Positions 1-12,234 of a stretch of 64,000 nucleotides of DNA are shown in pieces. The first letter of the stretch is position 1. The number at the start of each line of letters is the position of its first letter. Below the pieces are notes generated by a model, which was not told where the DNA came from, made no database searches, and saw nothing but the letters and a program-made list of their open reading frames with translations. The stretch is from Camelus ferus (taxonomy: Eukaryota). The position numbers and the translations under genes are program-made. The DNA lies in the NCBI RefSeq assembly GCF_009834535.1, contig NC_045697.1:9240001-9304000 (forward strand), written 5' to 3'.

Positions 1-826
1 GAACTCCTCTGAAAATTCAAACTCAGCACTGCAGCTAAGGTGCAGGACTTCAGCATAGGTAAACACTTGACCGGCACTAACTCTAGGGACTCTGCTTGGC
101 AAGCCTTGATGTTTGCCTCTGGGGGACGCTGACGTCTGAGACCTGGATATATTACCATAGGCCTTTCTATATATCTACTTATTATTTTCAACACCCCAGT
201 GAGCTATTTTATCTTGTTTTATTGAGTTTCTTATTTTTTTTATATCTTCAGTGGGCAGGACAGAACATTCTAAGTTCCCTGCCCCATCTTGCTTTTTTGG
301 ATGGTGCTTCCACCTTCCTCATGCTGGTCTGGGTCTGCTATTGTGCCAAAAGAATGCAATAAATTCAATAATGCTATATGCTAGTCTTGTTCAGAGATTA
401 CATGGTCTTCATCTTTTTAAATGTATCCTAGAGTAGACTGCACTGTGCCCAAAGCTGCAAGAAAAAGTACAACAGGAGTTCACAGAGAGGGCTGAGAGTG
501 ATCCAGTGGAGACATCTGCCTTATGGGTGTAAAAGGTTCCACAGCTACAGTCCCACAACCCAGAAGAATGCTGCAGAATCCAAGACCTAGTCAAAGTTTT
601 CTGGAACATCTACATATCTGGGTAAATTCACATGAAGCTCAATTAATCTGTAATAGTTTAAAAAGCAAATAAGGTAAAATAATAGAACAAAAGAATTCCT
701 CTTGAGGCAGCAAGATTTTTATAAAAATTCACTGGGGTTAAGAATGAAGCTGAAGCTGGATGCCTTGCAAGGTCATGAAATAGCCTTGCAGTTTTATCTC
801 TGGAATCCAGTGTTTACTCATTTTTC

Positions 827-852
827 AAAAAAAAAAAAAAAAAAAAAAAAAA
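827..852 (+). repeat. poly(A) run (26 nt)
   Basis: Uninterrupted A tract seen directly. Confidence 0.9.
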
Positions 853-949
853 GGAAAGAAAGAACACACACAATAGCTGCACTAAAATTTCATAGGTTTT
901 ATGCAAGTAAAAGAATGAAGCTTTAGAATATGATTACTTTGTTATTTTG

Positions 950-1100
950 CAGGTGTGTGATCCTGGGCAAATTATTCAAAGAATTTATTTTTCTGTACCT
1001 TTATAATCAAGATATAATACATACCTTATATTGATTCCTATTAACTACATAGAGAAGTGTCAGGAATATAATAGTAAAGGCTTAATAAATGTTAGCTATA
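950..1100 (+). mobile_element. MIR SINE fragment
   Basis: GTGTGATCCTGGGCAAATTA core and CTTAATAAATGTTAGCTAT tail resemble MIR. Confidence 0.7.
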
Positions 1101-1104
1101 AACA

Positions 1105-1245
1105 CTATCATCTTTCCATTGTAAATGAGGAAACAGAAATTTAAAGCATTTATGAAATGTTCTAAGGTCTCACATGTAGGAAATAGAAATGTTAGAATTT
1201 AATCTCAGATCCATCAGGCGCCTTTTTCTCCAACACTATGCAAAC
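1105..1245 (-). mobile_element. MIR SINE fragment
   Basis: CCATTGTAAATGAGGAAACAGA...TCTAAGGTCTCACA is the antisense MIR core. Confidence 0.65.
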
Positions 1246-1824
1246 AATCTCTTTCTAGAATTCAATCAGGGCAGCCCAGGTGATGCCCAGGCAACAGCTT
1301 ACTTGCCTCCGGTAGATCATGGGTATTTAGAGGTTCCCCCATTAACCCCTGTCCAAATTGTTCTCCTAGGGACTTTTATTTATCTAGGGTTCATCAGGTA
1401 TAGAAAAAAATGCATGATATTAATTAACAGCAATTATAAATTCAGTTCAGAGGCATCAAGGTGGAAACTGTATTTGTCAGCTAAAGGAAAAGTGGTCTGA
1501 ACACTGGCATAGGCTTCCACGCATGGGCAATAGAATGGAAATTAATAATCACCTACCACATAGGTCATTTACCCAAAAAATCCCTAGGCAATCGTTTGGA
1601 CCAAGTATATAGAAAATATTAAGCTGGCCCCTAATCTGATGGTGATGATTATTCATGATGCAAAAGAAAAGGGTAATTCTTGAAGTAAATTTCCATCTAT
1701 GCTGGAAAAAGGGGAAAATGTCATACATTCAAGTGAGTTCAGAATTTAAGGAAGATCTTTGGTCAAAGGGAGAAAACCAGATTCGATCCTTTAATTAAGC
1801 TTAACTTCTTTATGCATTACATCT

Positions 1825-1980
1825 AAGCAGCGTGGTTTGGTGGAAAGAGTTATCAATCAAGATGGTATGTAGACATGCAGATCTTAAACTTGGTTCTCTG
1901 AATTGTGTGACCTTGAATAAATCATGTTTGTTCTAGGTGTTTCAGTTTCATCTGGCATAAAATGAAGTAGTTGGACTTGT
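1825..1980 (+). mobile_element. MIR-family SINE fragment
   Basis: GCAGCGTGGTTTGGTGGAAAGAG 5' end and TGTGTGACCTTGAATAAATCA core. Confidence 0.65.
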
Positions 1981-2630
1981 TTGGGGTATTTCAAATTTCT
2001 CCCTCACAGACAATATACTTTTTCAAGATTTTTGTTTACTCAGTAAATTATACTGCCCAATACACAGTTAATTGAGTTTACATTTTTTAGATTAATCAGG
2101 CATAAATAAAACTGTCCATTTGGACTTCTGGTCATAATGAAGTAACCTATGTTATTGAACGGATTCTTTTTAAATCATTTTGGGCAATTGCAAAGCAACT
2201 GCATGTTTAGAAAGCTTAAGAATCCAAGAATACTAAGGATGTGTACACCGAAGAATCCTTTTGCAGATTTACCACCTCAGAGCCTACAGAGCTCTACAGG
2301 ACATGGCTTCGTGGTTTTAAGTGCCTGACATGGAGCTTTTGATTGTCAAGGCATCCATTTCAAAAGACATCCACCTTGAACAAGCAAATCGCCAGCTGTG
2401 TGACACAGCTACTAAAAAAACAGCTAGATAAGGAATTCGGTTGCCACTACCCATGAAGTTCTGTCTTTCAGAAAGCCCTGGGTAACCTAGGTAACTGACC
2501 ACTTAGTGACCCCCCATTTCTCCCTTCCCATGCCTTAATTCTCACTCTTTTATTTAAATAGCCAGTAAAGTGTGATCCTTGAAATGCTTAGATGCCCCAG
2601 CACTGGACCCTAGTAAGGCAGAGCACCTGT

Positions 2631-2718
2631 TCTCTCTCCGTCTCCGTCTCCGTCTCTCTCTCTCTCTCATCTCTGTCTCAATCACCATCTCTATCTCTAT
2701 CTCTCTGTCTCTCTCCTC
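2631..2718. repeat. CT-rich degenerate microsatellite
   Basis: (TCTCCG)n, (TC)n and (TCTA)-like units. Confidence 0.85.
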
Positions 2719-3059
2719 ACCACCTTTGCTGTGTGGCTCTTGGATGTACCATTGTCCTCCAGAACCTATGGGTAATATATCTTGTTTCTCAAAGTTCCAT
2801 GATGGTTTTTGCGAAGGGCATCCTGCAATCATAATAAGGACCAAGAGAGCAGGTTCAACATTGGCCTTGGTGGCGGAAACGTCTGTGGGGACTCTTACCA
2901 GCAATACGGCCCAGGTGAGCGCCTTAAGCATTCCTAGCCATAGTGTCACTATCAGGGGGGCCAACATAACCGTCTTCTTCATACTTCCTACCTTATCTGC
3001 TGCTACTCTCCCTTCACCCACTGGTCCATAATAATACTGGTTCCCTTTCAATTCTCCAG

Positions 3060-3385
3060 CTTTTCCTTTCCTAAGACTTTATTCAACATAGGTTTCTCTG
3101 CTTGTAACGCTCTCCCTCCAGCTTTGGTATAAATGCCTCCTTCTCAGAGAAGCCTCTGTGACTACGTTCACCAAGTTGATTTTCTCTTGCTAATTTCTAC
3201 CACTTAACCCAGGTTTCCCCTCAACCCTTTATTTTCTTTATAACAGCCACGCCTATGATTTAGTTTCTTGTCTTCCCCATTTGTGTGAAAAATCTTGAAA
3301 GACAGCATCCCGTTTGTTTTTTAACCTCCTTACCCTATCATGGCACCTGGTGTAGAGTTGGCAAAGATTGTTTATTGGATGGAGA
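3060..3385 (+). mobile_element. L2 LINE 3' fragment
   Basis: AAATGCCTCCTTCTCAGAGAAGCCT and CACCTGGTGTAGAGTTGG...TTTATTGGATGGA resemble the L2 3' end. Confidence 0.6.
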
Positions 3386-3526
3386 AAGACTTAAACATAA
3401 ACAGTCTTCATAAAAAATGGACAGTAGTTCAGGCATCATCTCTATGAGTTTTAAGAGCCTCTTAGAATCTGAGAAGCCAAGTAATTAGTTGGCCCCAAAG
3501 TCCATTTCACCTAAAATAATCTAAGG

Positions 3527-3705
3527 AAAGATTCCTCAGTCTCCACTTTAGTGACATTTTGGTCCAGATAATTCACTGTCATGGAGACTGTCCTGTGTAT
3601 TGTAGGATGTTTAGCAGCAGCCTTGGTGTCTACCCACTAGATGACAACAGCAAACTTAGTTCAATGTCCTCTGGGGACAACATTGGCCCTGGCTGAGAAC
3701 CACTG
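3527..3705 (-). mobile_element. MER20 (hAT-Charlie) non-autonomous DNA transposon
   Basis: TGTCCTGTGTATTGTAGGATGTTTAGCAGC...CTACCCACTAGATG...TGAGAACCACTG matches the reverse complement of MER20. Confidence 0.85.
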
Positions 3706-3869
3706 ATTTAAGTAAGATAATAGATTAAACCAAACACATTACAAGTTACATTGATTTTGAATGTTGAGACCATTTCACTTCACCTATTTTACAAACAGAC
3801 CTCAATAACAGCAATTTTCATAATAATTGTTTTAGAAATGTCCCTAATCGTGCCACGTGGGTGAGGGAG

Positions 3870-4430
3870 TTTATCAGCCAAGAATGTTAACAGCAACAAC
3901 AGAAACTTTCTTTGACTAATGTAAGAAAGAGAGGACTTTATTAAATGTCTGTTAGGGAATTACACAATTGCCAGGAAGTTTGAAGGACCAGGGGCAGATA
4001 ATGGCCCAGAACAAGGAAGGCTAGGCCACCAGCACCCCAGCCAGAACTGTTCAGTGCCCAGAATGAGTTTGACTAGGCACTGTCGCAATTGCCCAAGACT
4101 GCAGGACGTCCCAGTTTACGTCCCTCTGGTGGTCATCTTGGGTACTGCTTCCTTCGTGTATGAAAATTGATACCACATGGCTTCTTCCCCCAGAATGCAT
4201 TCTCTTGAGGCCTCTGCTTCTTTGCGTTCCTTCTCCCCAATTCAGAGTTAGTGTTGTGTGCATTTGATTAGCTAACACATGCCAAGTCCCAAGGTGCAAG
4301 AGAGGCTAGAAAAGTGTAATCTGGCCTTTTGGCTTCTAAGTTGGGAAGTCGGTTCTGCATTTCACCAGGACCATATGGTTGGGAATTCACTAAGCATAGG
4401 AAAAGGGGTTTATATTCCAGAAAGCCCCAA
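3870..4430 (-). mobile_element. MaLR/ERVL-type solo LTR (MLT1-like)
   Basis: AACAGAAAC...ACTTTATT start and GCAAGAGAGGCTAGAAAAGTGTAATCT motif, typical of antisense old MLT1 LTRs. Confidence 0.55.
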
Positions 4431-5389
4431 AGCAACTAATACATACTAATCAAATATGGCAATTGATCAAAAATATTCACAATGGAATGGAGCCAGTTAC
4501 ATATCCACCTCATCTATTGAAGAACTAAACACGTGATGTGATAGCATGTAGTTGTCCCTTTCCTCAAGAGGCTTTTGCCAGTCTTTTCATTTGGAAGTAG
4601 CACACCACAAGCCAAGCTTCACCACCTCACTGCCTTTCCCTCCCTTGGCTATATCTGGGGCAGGTGCAGTGAGAGACAGTCAGACCATTCTGTGAATATC
4701 CAGTAAGCCTTGAATGTGCACTCCAAGGCCCATTTCCTTGATTCTGCTCCCCAAGGGGCATTGAAATGGCTCCTGAACATGGACAGTCACATGATGTTCC
4801 AGCCACCAAAGTGCAGCAGTGTTTGCTGATCTCTAATTTGACCTCATTGCATTTCAATGTGTAAACTTGTCCTCTGTGGGCCAGGCTGCATGATAAACAG
4901 GCAGCGCCTTCATGGATAATTCAAGCTTCAGTAGTTTCTCAGCTCAGATGGAACAGCGCCGGCTTTGCTAGAGTGGAAACAGATTATAAACCACAAACTC
5001 ATTTACTCTACAAATGTTTGCTGTACTTAGAGAAAGCAGTTTTCCATAATTTTCTTCATTTCCTTCTTTAGTCAAATTGGCTCTCTTTGAACATTTCCTA
5101 ATAAAATAGCTCCAGTGAATGTCAGAGCTGGAGATGATAAGAGAACCATTTGTCTGTGTGATCACAGTGGGGACCTATCTTTTCTGTGTCTCATTCTTCA
5201 TTTATAACATGCCAAACACAGTTTATTCAGAATTGGTTAGATTATGCTGGGGTCAAAAATTAACCACCAGATATCAATGATTTAATTAAAAAAGAGAATT
5301 ATTTCTCATTCAGATGGCATGTCCAGCATGTTTTACCAAGGCATTCTACTCCATGCAGTTCAAAGTCACAGACTTAGGGCATCATCTGA

Positions 5390-6588
5390 GCATAGAGGAG
5401 GGTGCCTACTCCAGAGTAGACAGGGACTGAGACTTTCTGCATGTGGTGAAGCCTTAGATAAAACTCCAAGGATGGGAAGGGGTTAGCTAAATTTGCTTAA
5501 CTTTCCTTAAACAAAGTATCAAAGCAACAAAGAGCAGGATGTGTGCAGAACATGAAGTTAGAGACACAGAGTCAAGAGATTAGACTAGGAAGGGGTCGTA
5601 TTATGGAAACTCAGAGTCATCTTAAAATATTTAGACCTGACTTTCCATACATTAATTATACTAACTCCCTTTGAAGGAACTTAAAACAAAGTGTGACGTG
5701 GTCAAGTTGTTGCTTCTGAAAAGTCAGCTTGGCTGCAGTGTGCAGAATGCGTGTGGATGGAAGGGATCTGATGGCAAGGAGATTGGCAGGAGGCTGTTCA
5801 TCATCCAGTGTGAAGAAATAAGCAGGAAAACCGGTAAGGATGGAAAGGAGAAGAAGCAGACGAGAAACATTTGGAAGTGTAAGAGTAGGTCATGCGGTGG
5901 GACTGATGGATAAAGAGTCTGGAAAAGGGGGGTGGATGGGATAGGGGTCCTTGGCTTTTATTTTGATAACTGTATGGATAATGGCCCCGAGATACAGAGT
6001 GAGAATGGATTAGCAACCTCAGGGAGCAATGCATTCGGATACGGGCCAGGCCACTTTGAGACATCAATAAGACATTTTGATAACATCGAACAGGCTGTTT
6101 ATCCCCACAGTTTGTGACTCAAGGAAGAAGTCTAGGATTAATATATATTTTGGAAGGCATCAGAGTATAAGTAGCAGTAGAAATCTTAAAAGTAGGTAAA
6201 TCACCCTTTTAGCAATAGTATATTGAGGGGATAAGGAGCCCAAGGATCAAACTTGAGGGGTGCATAGTGGAATATGTGGTAGAAAATTAAGCCGATTGAG
6301 AAGGACCCATCACAGAGGTAGGAAAGCAGCTAAGAGTTTGATGGGTCAAGGACACCAAGGGATTAGCTTGTTCATAGAACTTGGGTCACCCAATGGTGTT
6401 AAATGCAGCAGAATAATCCTAGAAAGTAAAGACAGAAATGTATTCACTAGGTTTAATAGTGATGATGTGACTGATTAGTTTGTATAAGTTACAGTAGTTT
6501 TAATCACCAAATATTTATAAAGTAGCTACCATATATCAAGCTCTGGGCTTAACATTGAGAATCAGTGTGAATAAAAATGATATAGTCA
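5390..6588 (-). mobile_element. L2 LINE fragments
   Basis: Purine-rich antisense L2 motifs such as GGCTGCAGTGTGCAGAATG and GGAGGCTGTT...ATCCAG, and an L2 tail at about 6505-6588. Confidence 0.7.
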
Positions 6589-6711
6589 GGGGGAGAGTGT
6601 AGCTCAGTGGTAGAGTACATACATGCTTAGCATGCACAAGGTCCTGGGCTCAATCCCTAGTACCTCCATTAAAAAAAAATGACCTAATTACCTCCCTCCC
6701 AAGACAAATTT
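6589..6711 (+). mobile_element. Vic-1-type tRNA-derived SINE (camelid)
   Basis: GGGGGAGAGTGTAGCTCAGTGGTAGAG (A box), GGTCCTGGGCTCAATCCCTAGTACCTCCA (degenerate B box), A-rich linker and ACCTAATTACCTCCC tail. Imperfect TSD AAAAATGATATAGTCA (6573-6588) / AAAAAGATATGGTCA (6712-6726). Inserted into an L2 tail. Confidence 0.85.
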
Positions 6712-7389
6712 AAAAAGATATGGTCAGGTCCTTCTCAAGCTTGAAGTCTAGTGGGGGATATGGGCAATAAACACAACATTTAGTGATATATAATAAAATA
6801 TTTGATAAGTATTATAAAGATAAACATTTAGAAATAAATTGGAGGTGAGTGTACATTATTCTTCCAAGACTGTGTAATGAAGGGTAAACATGGAGAATAT
6901 ACTGTGTTTACAGGGGGACTGCAATCTGAGTATCAAGGAAGAGTTATTAAGATGAAAAAGATTTCAACAAGTTTATAAACTAAAGAAACAAAAAATACAC
7001 AGAAGTAAAGATACAGGAAAGAGAGGCAATAATTAATAGATCAAAGTCTAGAAAAAGAAATGAAGCCCAATGTTTTATACAGAGGATTTGGCTTTATACA
7101 AGAGGAGGAGACCTGCTCCTCTGAAGAGAAGCGTGACCAGCTAGAAAGGAGAGTGGAAAGTTTATCTGGTGGGGTTGATATTCTTAATGAAGTAGGAGTT
7201 GATAAGGGTGGGGAAGATGACATTTAAGTAGAACAAGACTTTGGGAAAAAATATAAAAGTAAGTAGCTATTTAAAAGCAAAGGACTACTTTTTTTTTTTT
7301 TTTAAATAAGCAGAGAGCTTGCAGATGCATATAAGCTGAACATGTTTTATGACCTCTGATTCATGGGCAAAGCCATGTGGTCATCATTC

Positions 7390-7722
7390 CTGAGCCTACA
7401 TTAAAGTGACACATGCCAGTACCTCTTACAATTGAGTTGTAGGCCATGTGATCGCATTCTGGTGAATAGAAGGTACAGAAGTAACGTACAATACTTCCAG
7501 GCTTGGCCCTTAAATATCCTACATGACTCTCTAGCCCTTAGGAAACACAACTTCCAGATATTGGATCTTAGAACCTGTCACCTAGAAAAGAGCTACCGGG
7601 AAAGCTACAATTATTCAATTTAGCTGTGTTGTGAATGAGAAATCAGTTCTTTTTTGGCTGAAATCACTGAGATTTCTTGTTGTATTTTCCAATGTCATAT
7701 AATTTAGTTTATTCTGACTAAT
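7390..7722 (+). mobile_element. MLT1-family MaLR LTR
   Basis: GGCCATGTGA...CTTCCAGGCTTGGCCCTTAAA and 3' end TGAGAAAT...CACTGAGATTT...CTGACTAATA. Confidence 0.7.
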
Positions 7723-8489
7723 ATAATCACTGTTAAGATGTTGTATTAATTGATTCATAACATAGTAATTCAACAATTATTATTATTCTTCATTATTATT
7801 ATTTGCTGTGTAGTTGTTAATTCTGCTGTTTTATTTTATCAGGAATGTGTTTAACACGGCACTGCTGTGTTTATTACTTGAATGTCTTGACATTTCTTTT
7901 AGAAAACAATGGACAAAGGTCTGAAGCATAGGATTTAGGCAGATAAAAGTAACACTGCTTAAAAGCACAATTTGTCCTGTTTATAAGATCTGACACTCAA
8001 CTACTGGGACCCATTTCCCAACCTATTTCTTTGCTTTCAAGATCAAATTGCCCCTCTCTACCTGTTCCTCAGAACATAGGTCTCCTCAAAGAGGCAGGTA
8101 TTGACTGGCAAAGACAAAAAGATAAAATACTTCGATTTCTTCCAATAATAACTAAACCTTCCAATTATATCTGACAGAATGGAACATGTAATGTGAAGTC
8201 TTTCAGAATCCTGGAGTCCAAGATTATAGAACTTAAGGGCCATCTACTTTAGCCCTTATTCCTTTACATCTAAGAATTTTCCCGACCCTGTTTTTCTCTC
8301 TCCTGAATGAAGACCTCAAGATCCTCTGCTCCCCCTTCTACCACAGCTGGAGGATTCCCAGTATTCTCAGTGTATTTAAATGCACTGCCAGGATTGTAAC
8401 AGCACAGGTTTGTGGTCAGGCAAATGAGTTCTTGAAACCCATTTCTGATCAATTTTTCCTTTATGATTTGAAGATATTCCTAAAAATAA

Positions 8490-8660
8490 GAGCTTGTAAT
8501 CTTTGTAACCTTGGAAAATTATTTAACCTGTTTAAACTTCATTTCCTCATCTATAGAACAATAGTATTCCCATTCTCATCCCTGGTGGGAGTGAAAAGTA
8601 TGTTAACTAATATATGTAACATACTTTGCACAGACTTTGATATAGTCTTAAAGATTAGTT
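8490..8660 (+). mobile_element. MIR SINE fragment
   Basis: GTAACCTTGGAAAATTATTTAACCT...TTTCCTCATCTATA core. Confidence 0.7.
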
Positions 8661-8748
8661 GAAATTAAAGAAAAGGTAGTTATCATAATTGAGTACCTAA
8701 TATGTGCTGAACATATTTCTTTTTACAGATTATCTCTAATCCTTAAAA

Positions 8749-8955
8749 GAATGTTGTCAAATAGAAATTTTTGTAACGATAGAAATGTCCTCTATCTGTT
8801 TGGTCCAAAAGGACAGCCACCAGCATATGTGGCTACTGAGTACTTCAAATGTGGCCGGCCCACCTGAGGGATTGATTTTTAATGCCATTTAGTTTCAAAT
8901 AATTTAAATTTCAATGGCAATATGTGGTTAGTAGCTACTAAGCTGGCCAACACAG
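8749..8955 (+). mobile_element. MER3 (hAT-Charlie) DNA transposon nested in an antisense MIR
   Basis: Follows the MER3 consensus (ATGTGGCTACTGAGTACTTCAAATGTGG...ATGTGGTTAGTAGCTAC). 8-bp TSD CCTTAAAA (8741-8748) / CCTTAGAA (8956-8963). Confidence 0.85.
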
Positions 8956-10429
8956 CCTTAGAACAACCATTAAAAACAGACATCAGCTTCCTTTTATAAA
9001 ATAGAAAATGGTGTCATAAACATTGGGTAAATTCTTTAGGGTTATTCAGCCAGCAAAGAAATGAGCTGAGATATGATTTTGACTATTCCTTGGCCATCTT
9101 TCCTTCCCTTCACCTTATTGTTTCTGAGGATTTTATCATTTGTGTATATTCAGTTCCCTCACATGCAACACTTTTGCATTTATTTCAAACAGACTTCCCC
9201 AAGTCTATAACCATGGAATCCAGGAGAAGTCTGGGAAGTAGCTTAGTTAAATTTCTTTCTCTCTAAGCCAGGAATATTTTCTTTATTTTCTGCTAGGTGA
9301 CCTTCAACCTCTTCCCAAATACTACCAGTGTCTGGTGGCTTGTGACCTCACTGTGTCACCTGTGCTGTTATTATAAAGTGCTTCCTTATCCTGTATTAAA
9401 CTGCAACTTGATCCCAAGTGTCATGAGATAAATGGAGAAGATCAGATGGAGCAACTTAAACAGTGTCTTCTCAGCCCGTCAAAGTCACAGTCCAAGTGAT
9501 CAAAGGCTTGTATAAGCCAGTCTTATATTGTGGGTTCTGAGAAGGATACAATGGGAAAGAGGTGATGAGTGGGGCAGCTGTCAGGCCCACTGACAGGCCA
9601 ACCCTGGAAATTTATGCTGATGGTATGTGCTGATGCAAGGACATTTTGTCAGAGCAGAAATCACTCACTCATGTGAATGTGTTCCTGTTATGACTAACAC
9701 ATTTGGCAGAAAACAGATTCACAGGCTTATGTGAGTAGAGAGTTGAGGGAGTGAGCAGAGGAGGTTGAAGCTGGAAAAATAATTGTATAGTTGATCCAAT
9801 ACAAGAACTAGCACATTCCTTTTAACTTGGAGGGTACTGCTTCCATTAGGGTTCTGCCAGAGGGCATTTGGGACGTTCAGTGGAAAGAGTTCAGGCACCA
9901 CTGGCAGAAAGTTCAGCTCTGCCCGACACTTCCAGATTTCCAAGCCCAGTTTTTTCTTTTTATCATAGCTGTTTCAAACCTTGCTGTTTCTTCCCATACT
10001 TGGGTGCATTGTCATCTTACTCCATCATATTTAACGCACGCTGTTTTCTCTGCATTAAAGAGAGATTAGAAGCCCTTCAAGTATCTGTCACTAAACTTAT
10101 AAACTCACCCTCCTAGGTGTTTCTTCTTCCTTCTTGTTAAAATGCTGATGTTTACCCATTTCTCCGTAAGAGCAATCCCTCCGCCTCTCAGGGGCCCCGC
10201 TGTGTTGATTTGACATCCTTTACTTGTGTCTTCAACGTTTCCCCCTTTGTGTACACATTCCACCAGGCTTTGAACCTGCTCAAGCCTTTCTCATTTGACT
10301 CACACACATACCTCAAAACTTTCTCAATCACCTGTCTCCCTCCAGTTATTACCCCATTTCTTTTCATTTTCACATTAATCTTCTCAGGTGTGTCACCCAA
10401 ACTGGCTGTCTCTATGACCTCCTTTCACA

Positions 10430-11460
10430 CTCATTCTTCAACTGAATGCAGCTTAGATTTAATGCCATCATTCTACTGAACTATTCTCACTAAAGCCACC
10501 AAACACCAGTGCGAAACAGCATTTTTGGTCCTATTTCTGAAAGAACTCCCAGAGGAAGTATATCATATTTACTACATTTTCCTCTAGGAAATGTTCACCT
10601 CTGTGACCCCACACACTCTTTTTTCACTTTTGTCTTCCTGGCTGTTCCTCTTGAATCTTCTCTGTGAGATACTTATCTAACTATACCTAATCTCAGGACA
10701 GGAAGAGATCTTGTTTCAGTCTGCCTTATAAGTGCTGTTTCTGCATGGGACTCTATTCTTCACACTTTCCCCCCACCCTTTCCTCTATTCATCCTATTCT
10801 TAAGGCTTCAATTACTATTTCAAGCTTTCTGTGTTAACATCTTTTACATCTAGATCCAATCTAATCCTTATTGAGTTCCAAGTCCATAAATCAAATTGTT
10901 AGTGGACATCTAATATTTAAATGTCTAAAAGGAAACTCATTACCTTTGAACCATCAGAAAATAATCTCACTTTCTGCCCAATTTCCCAAGCTTAAAATGT
11001 AGGAAAGATCTTCCTCTTTATTTTCTTTCTCATATCTAGTTAATTAGTCACTGAATTCTCTTGATTTTATTTCTCAAGTATTCCATACAGCTCCTTTTTG
11101 TTTCCAATTTCAACATTAGTCTAGACTAGTGTCATCATTCCTCATCTGGTCTACCTTAACCATCTACCAAGTTTTTTTGTTCTCTTTATTCTCTCTTGCT
11201 CTCATCCAGTCCAATCTCCACATTGTTTTTAGAGTGATATAATTTTTTAAAATAAAGTTCAGCATACCATTCCATCCATAAACTACTCGAATGACTTCCC
11301 ATTGCCCTAATGTACAATTCAAACTTGTTGACTAGTCTTAAATGGAGGTCTAAAATCTATCTCCTATTTCATGATAGCCAACTCCTATCTTTATCTTACA
11401 TGTACTCTAACTTCTAAGGTTCCAAATATCTTTACATCCCTCTATCACAGGTTAGCTCTA
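10430..11460 (+). mobile_element. L2 LINE fragments
   Basis: Pyrimidine-rich, with L2 motifs such as GGCTTCAATTAC and AATGACTTCCCATTGCCC. Confidence 0.6.
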
Positions 11461-11746
11461 ATTCTCTAAGCTCTGGTCACTTTGAAGAGAAGATCACTCT
11501 TAACACAAAAGATATTTGTTTCAATAAGAAAATCATAGAACTCAATAATTCTAGGTTCCTAGGTCCCTAGGCAACACCTCAATTTATTATTCTCTTTATT
11601 CCATTGGTGTACAGTTCATGAGGTCACGTATTTCTTCCTTGAAATCAAACATAACAGGCAACTTTGAATCTGGTGCTCTAGCAATGAGGTAACACATAGA
11701 TATCCTTGACTCTGGAAACACTAATGTGTTTCTCAGAGGAAATTTT

Positions 11747-12234
11747 TTTTAAACTTTTTTTTTTTTTTATTGAGTTATAGTCATTTTACAATGTTGTGTC
11801 AAATTCCAGTAGAGCATGATTTTTCAGTTATACATGAACATACATACATTCATTGTCACATTTTCTTTCACTGTGTGCCACCACAGATACTGTATATATT
11901 TCCCTGTGCTACACTAGTACAATCTTGTTTATCTATTCTACATTTTGAAATCCCAGTCTGTCCTGTCCCATCCCCCGTCCCCCTGGCAACCACAAGTTTG
12001 TATTCTATGTCTATGAGTATGTTTCTGTTTTGTATTTTTTTTTTTTTTTTTTTTTTTAGATTCCACTATATGAGTGATCTCATATGGTATTCCTCTCTCT
12101 CCCTCTGGCTTACTTTACCCAGAATGACACTCTCCAGGAACATCCATGTTGCTGCAAATGGTGTTATGTTGTCAGTTTTTATGGCTGCATAGTATTCCAT
12201 TGTATGAATACACCACATCTTCTTTATCCAGTAC
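11747..12234 (-). mobile_element. Young 5'-truncated L1 (ORF2 end and 3' UTR)
   Basis: Poly(T) head and L1 motif CATCCATGTTGCTGCAAATGG...ATAGTATTCCATTGT...CACATCTTCTTTATCCA. Perfect 16-bp TSD TCTCAGAGGAAATTTT (11731-11746 and 12235-12250). Confidence 0.92.

Noticed and set aside
950..1245. Inverted MIR pair as a hairpin or miRNA precursor
   Set aside because: The copies are heavily diverged and only partly overlap in consensus position, so a stable duplex is unlikely.
2554..3051. 165-aa minus-strand ORF with a signal-peptide-like hydrophobic stretch
   Set aside because: Its length is inflated by a stop-free GA/CT microsatellite, it has a non-ATG start, and I recognise no homology.
6589..6670. 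tRNA gene
   Set aside because: Mutated B box, altered anticodon arm, SINE tail and TSD show it is a tRNA-derived SINE.
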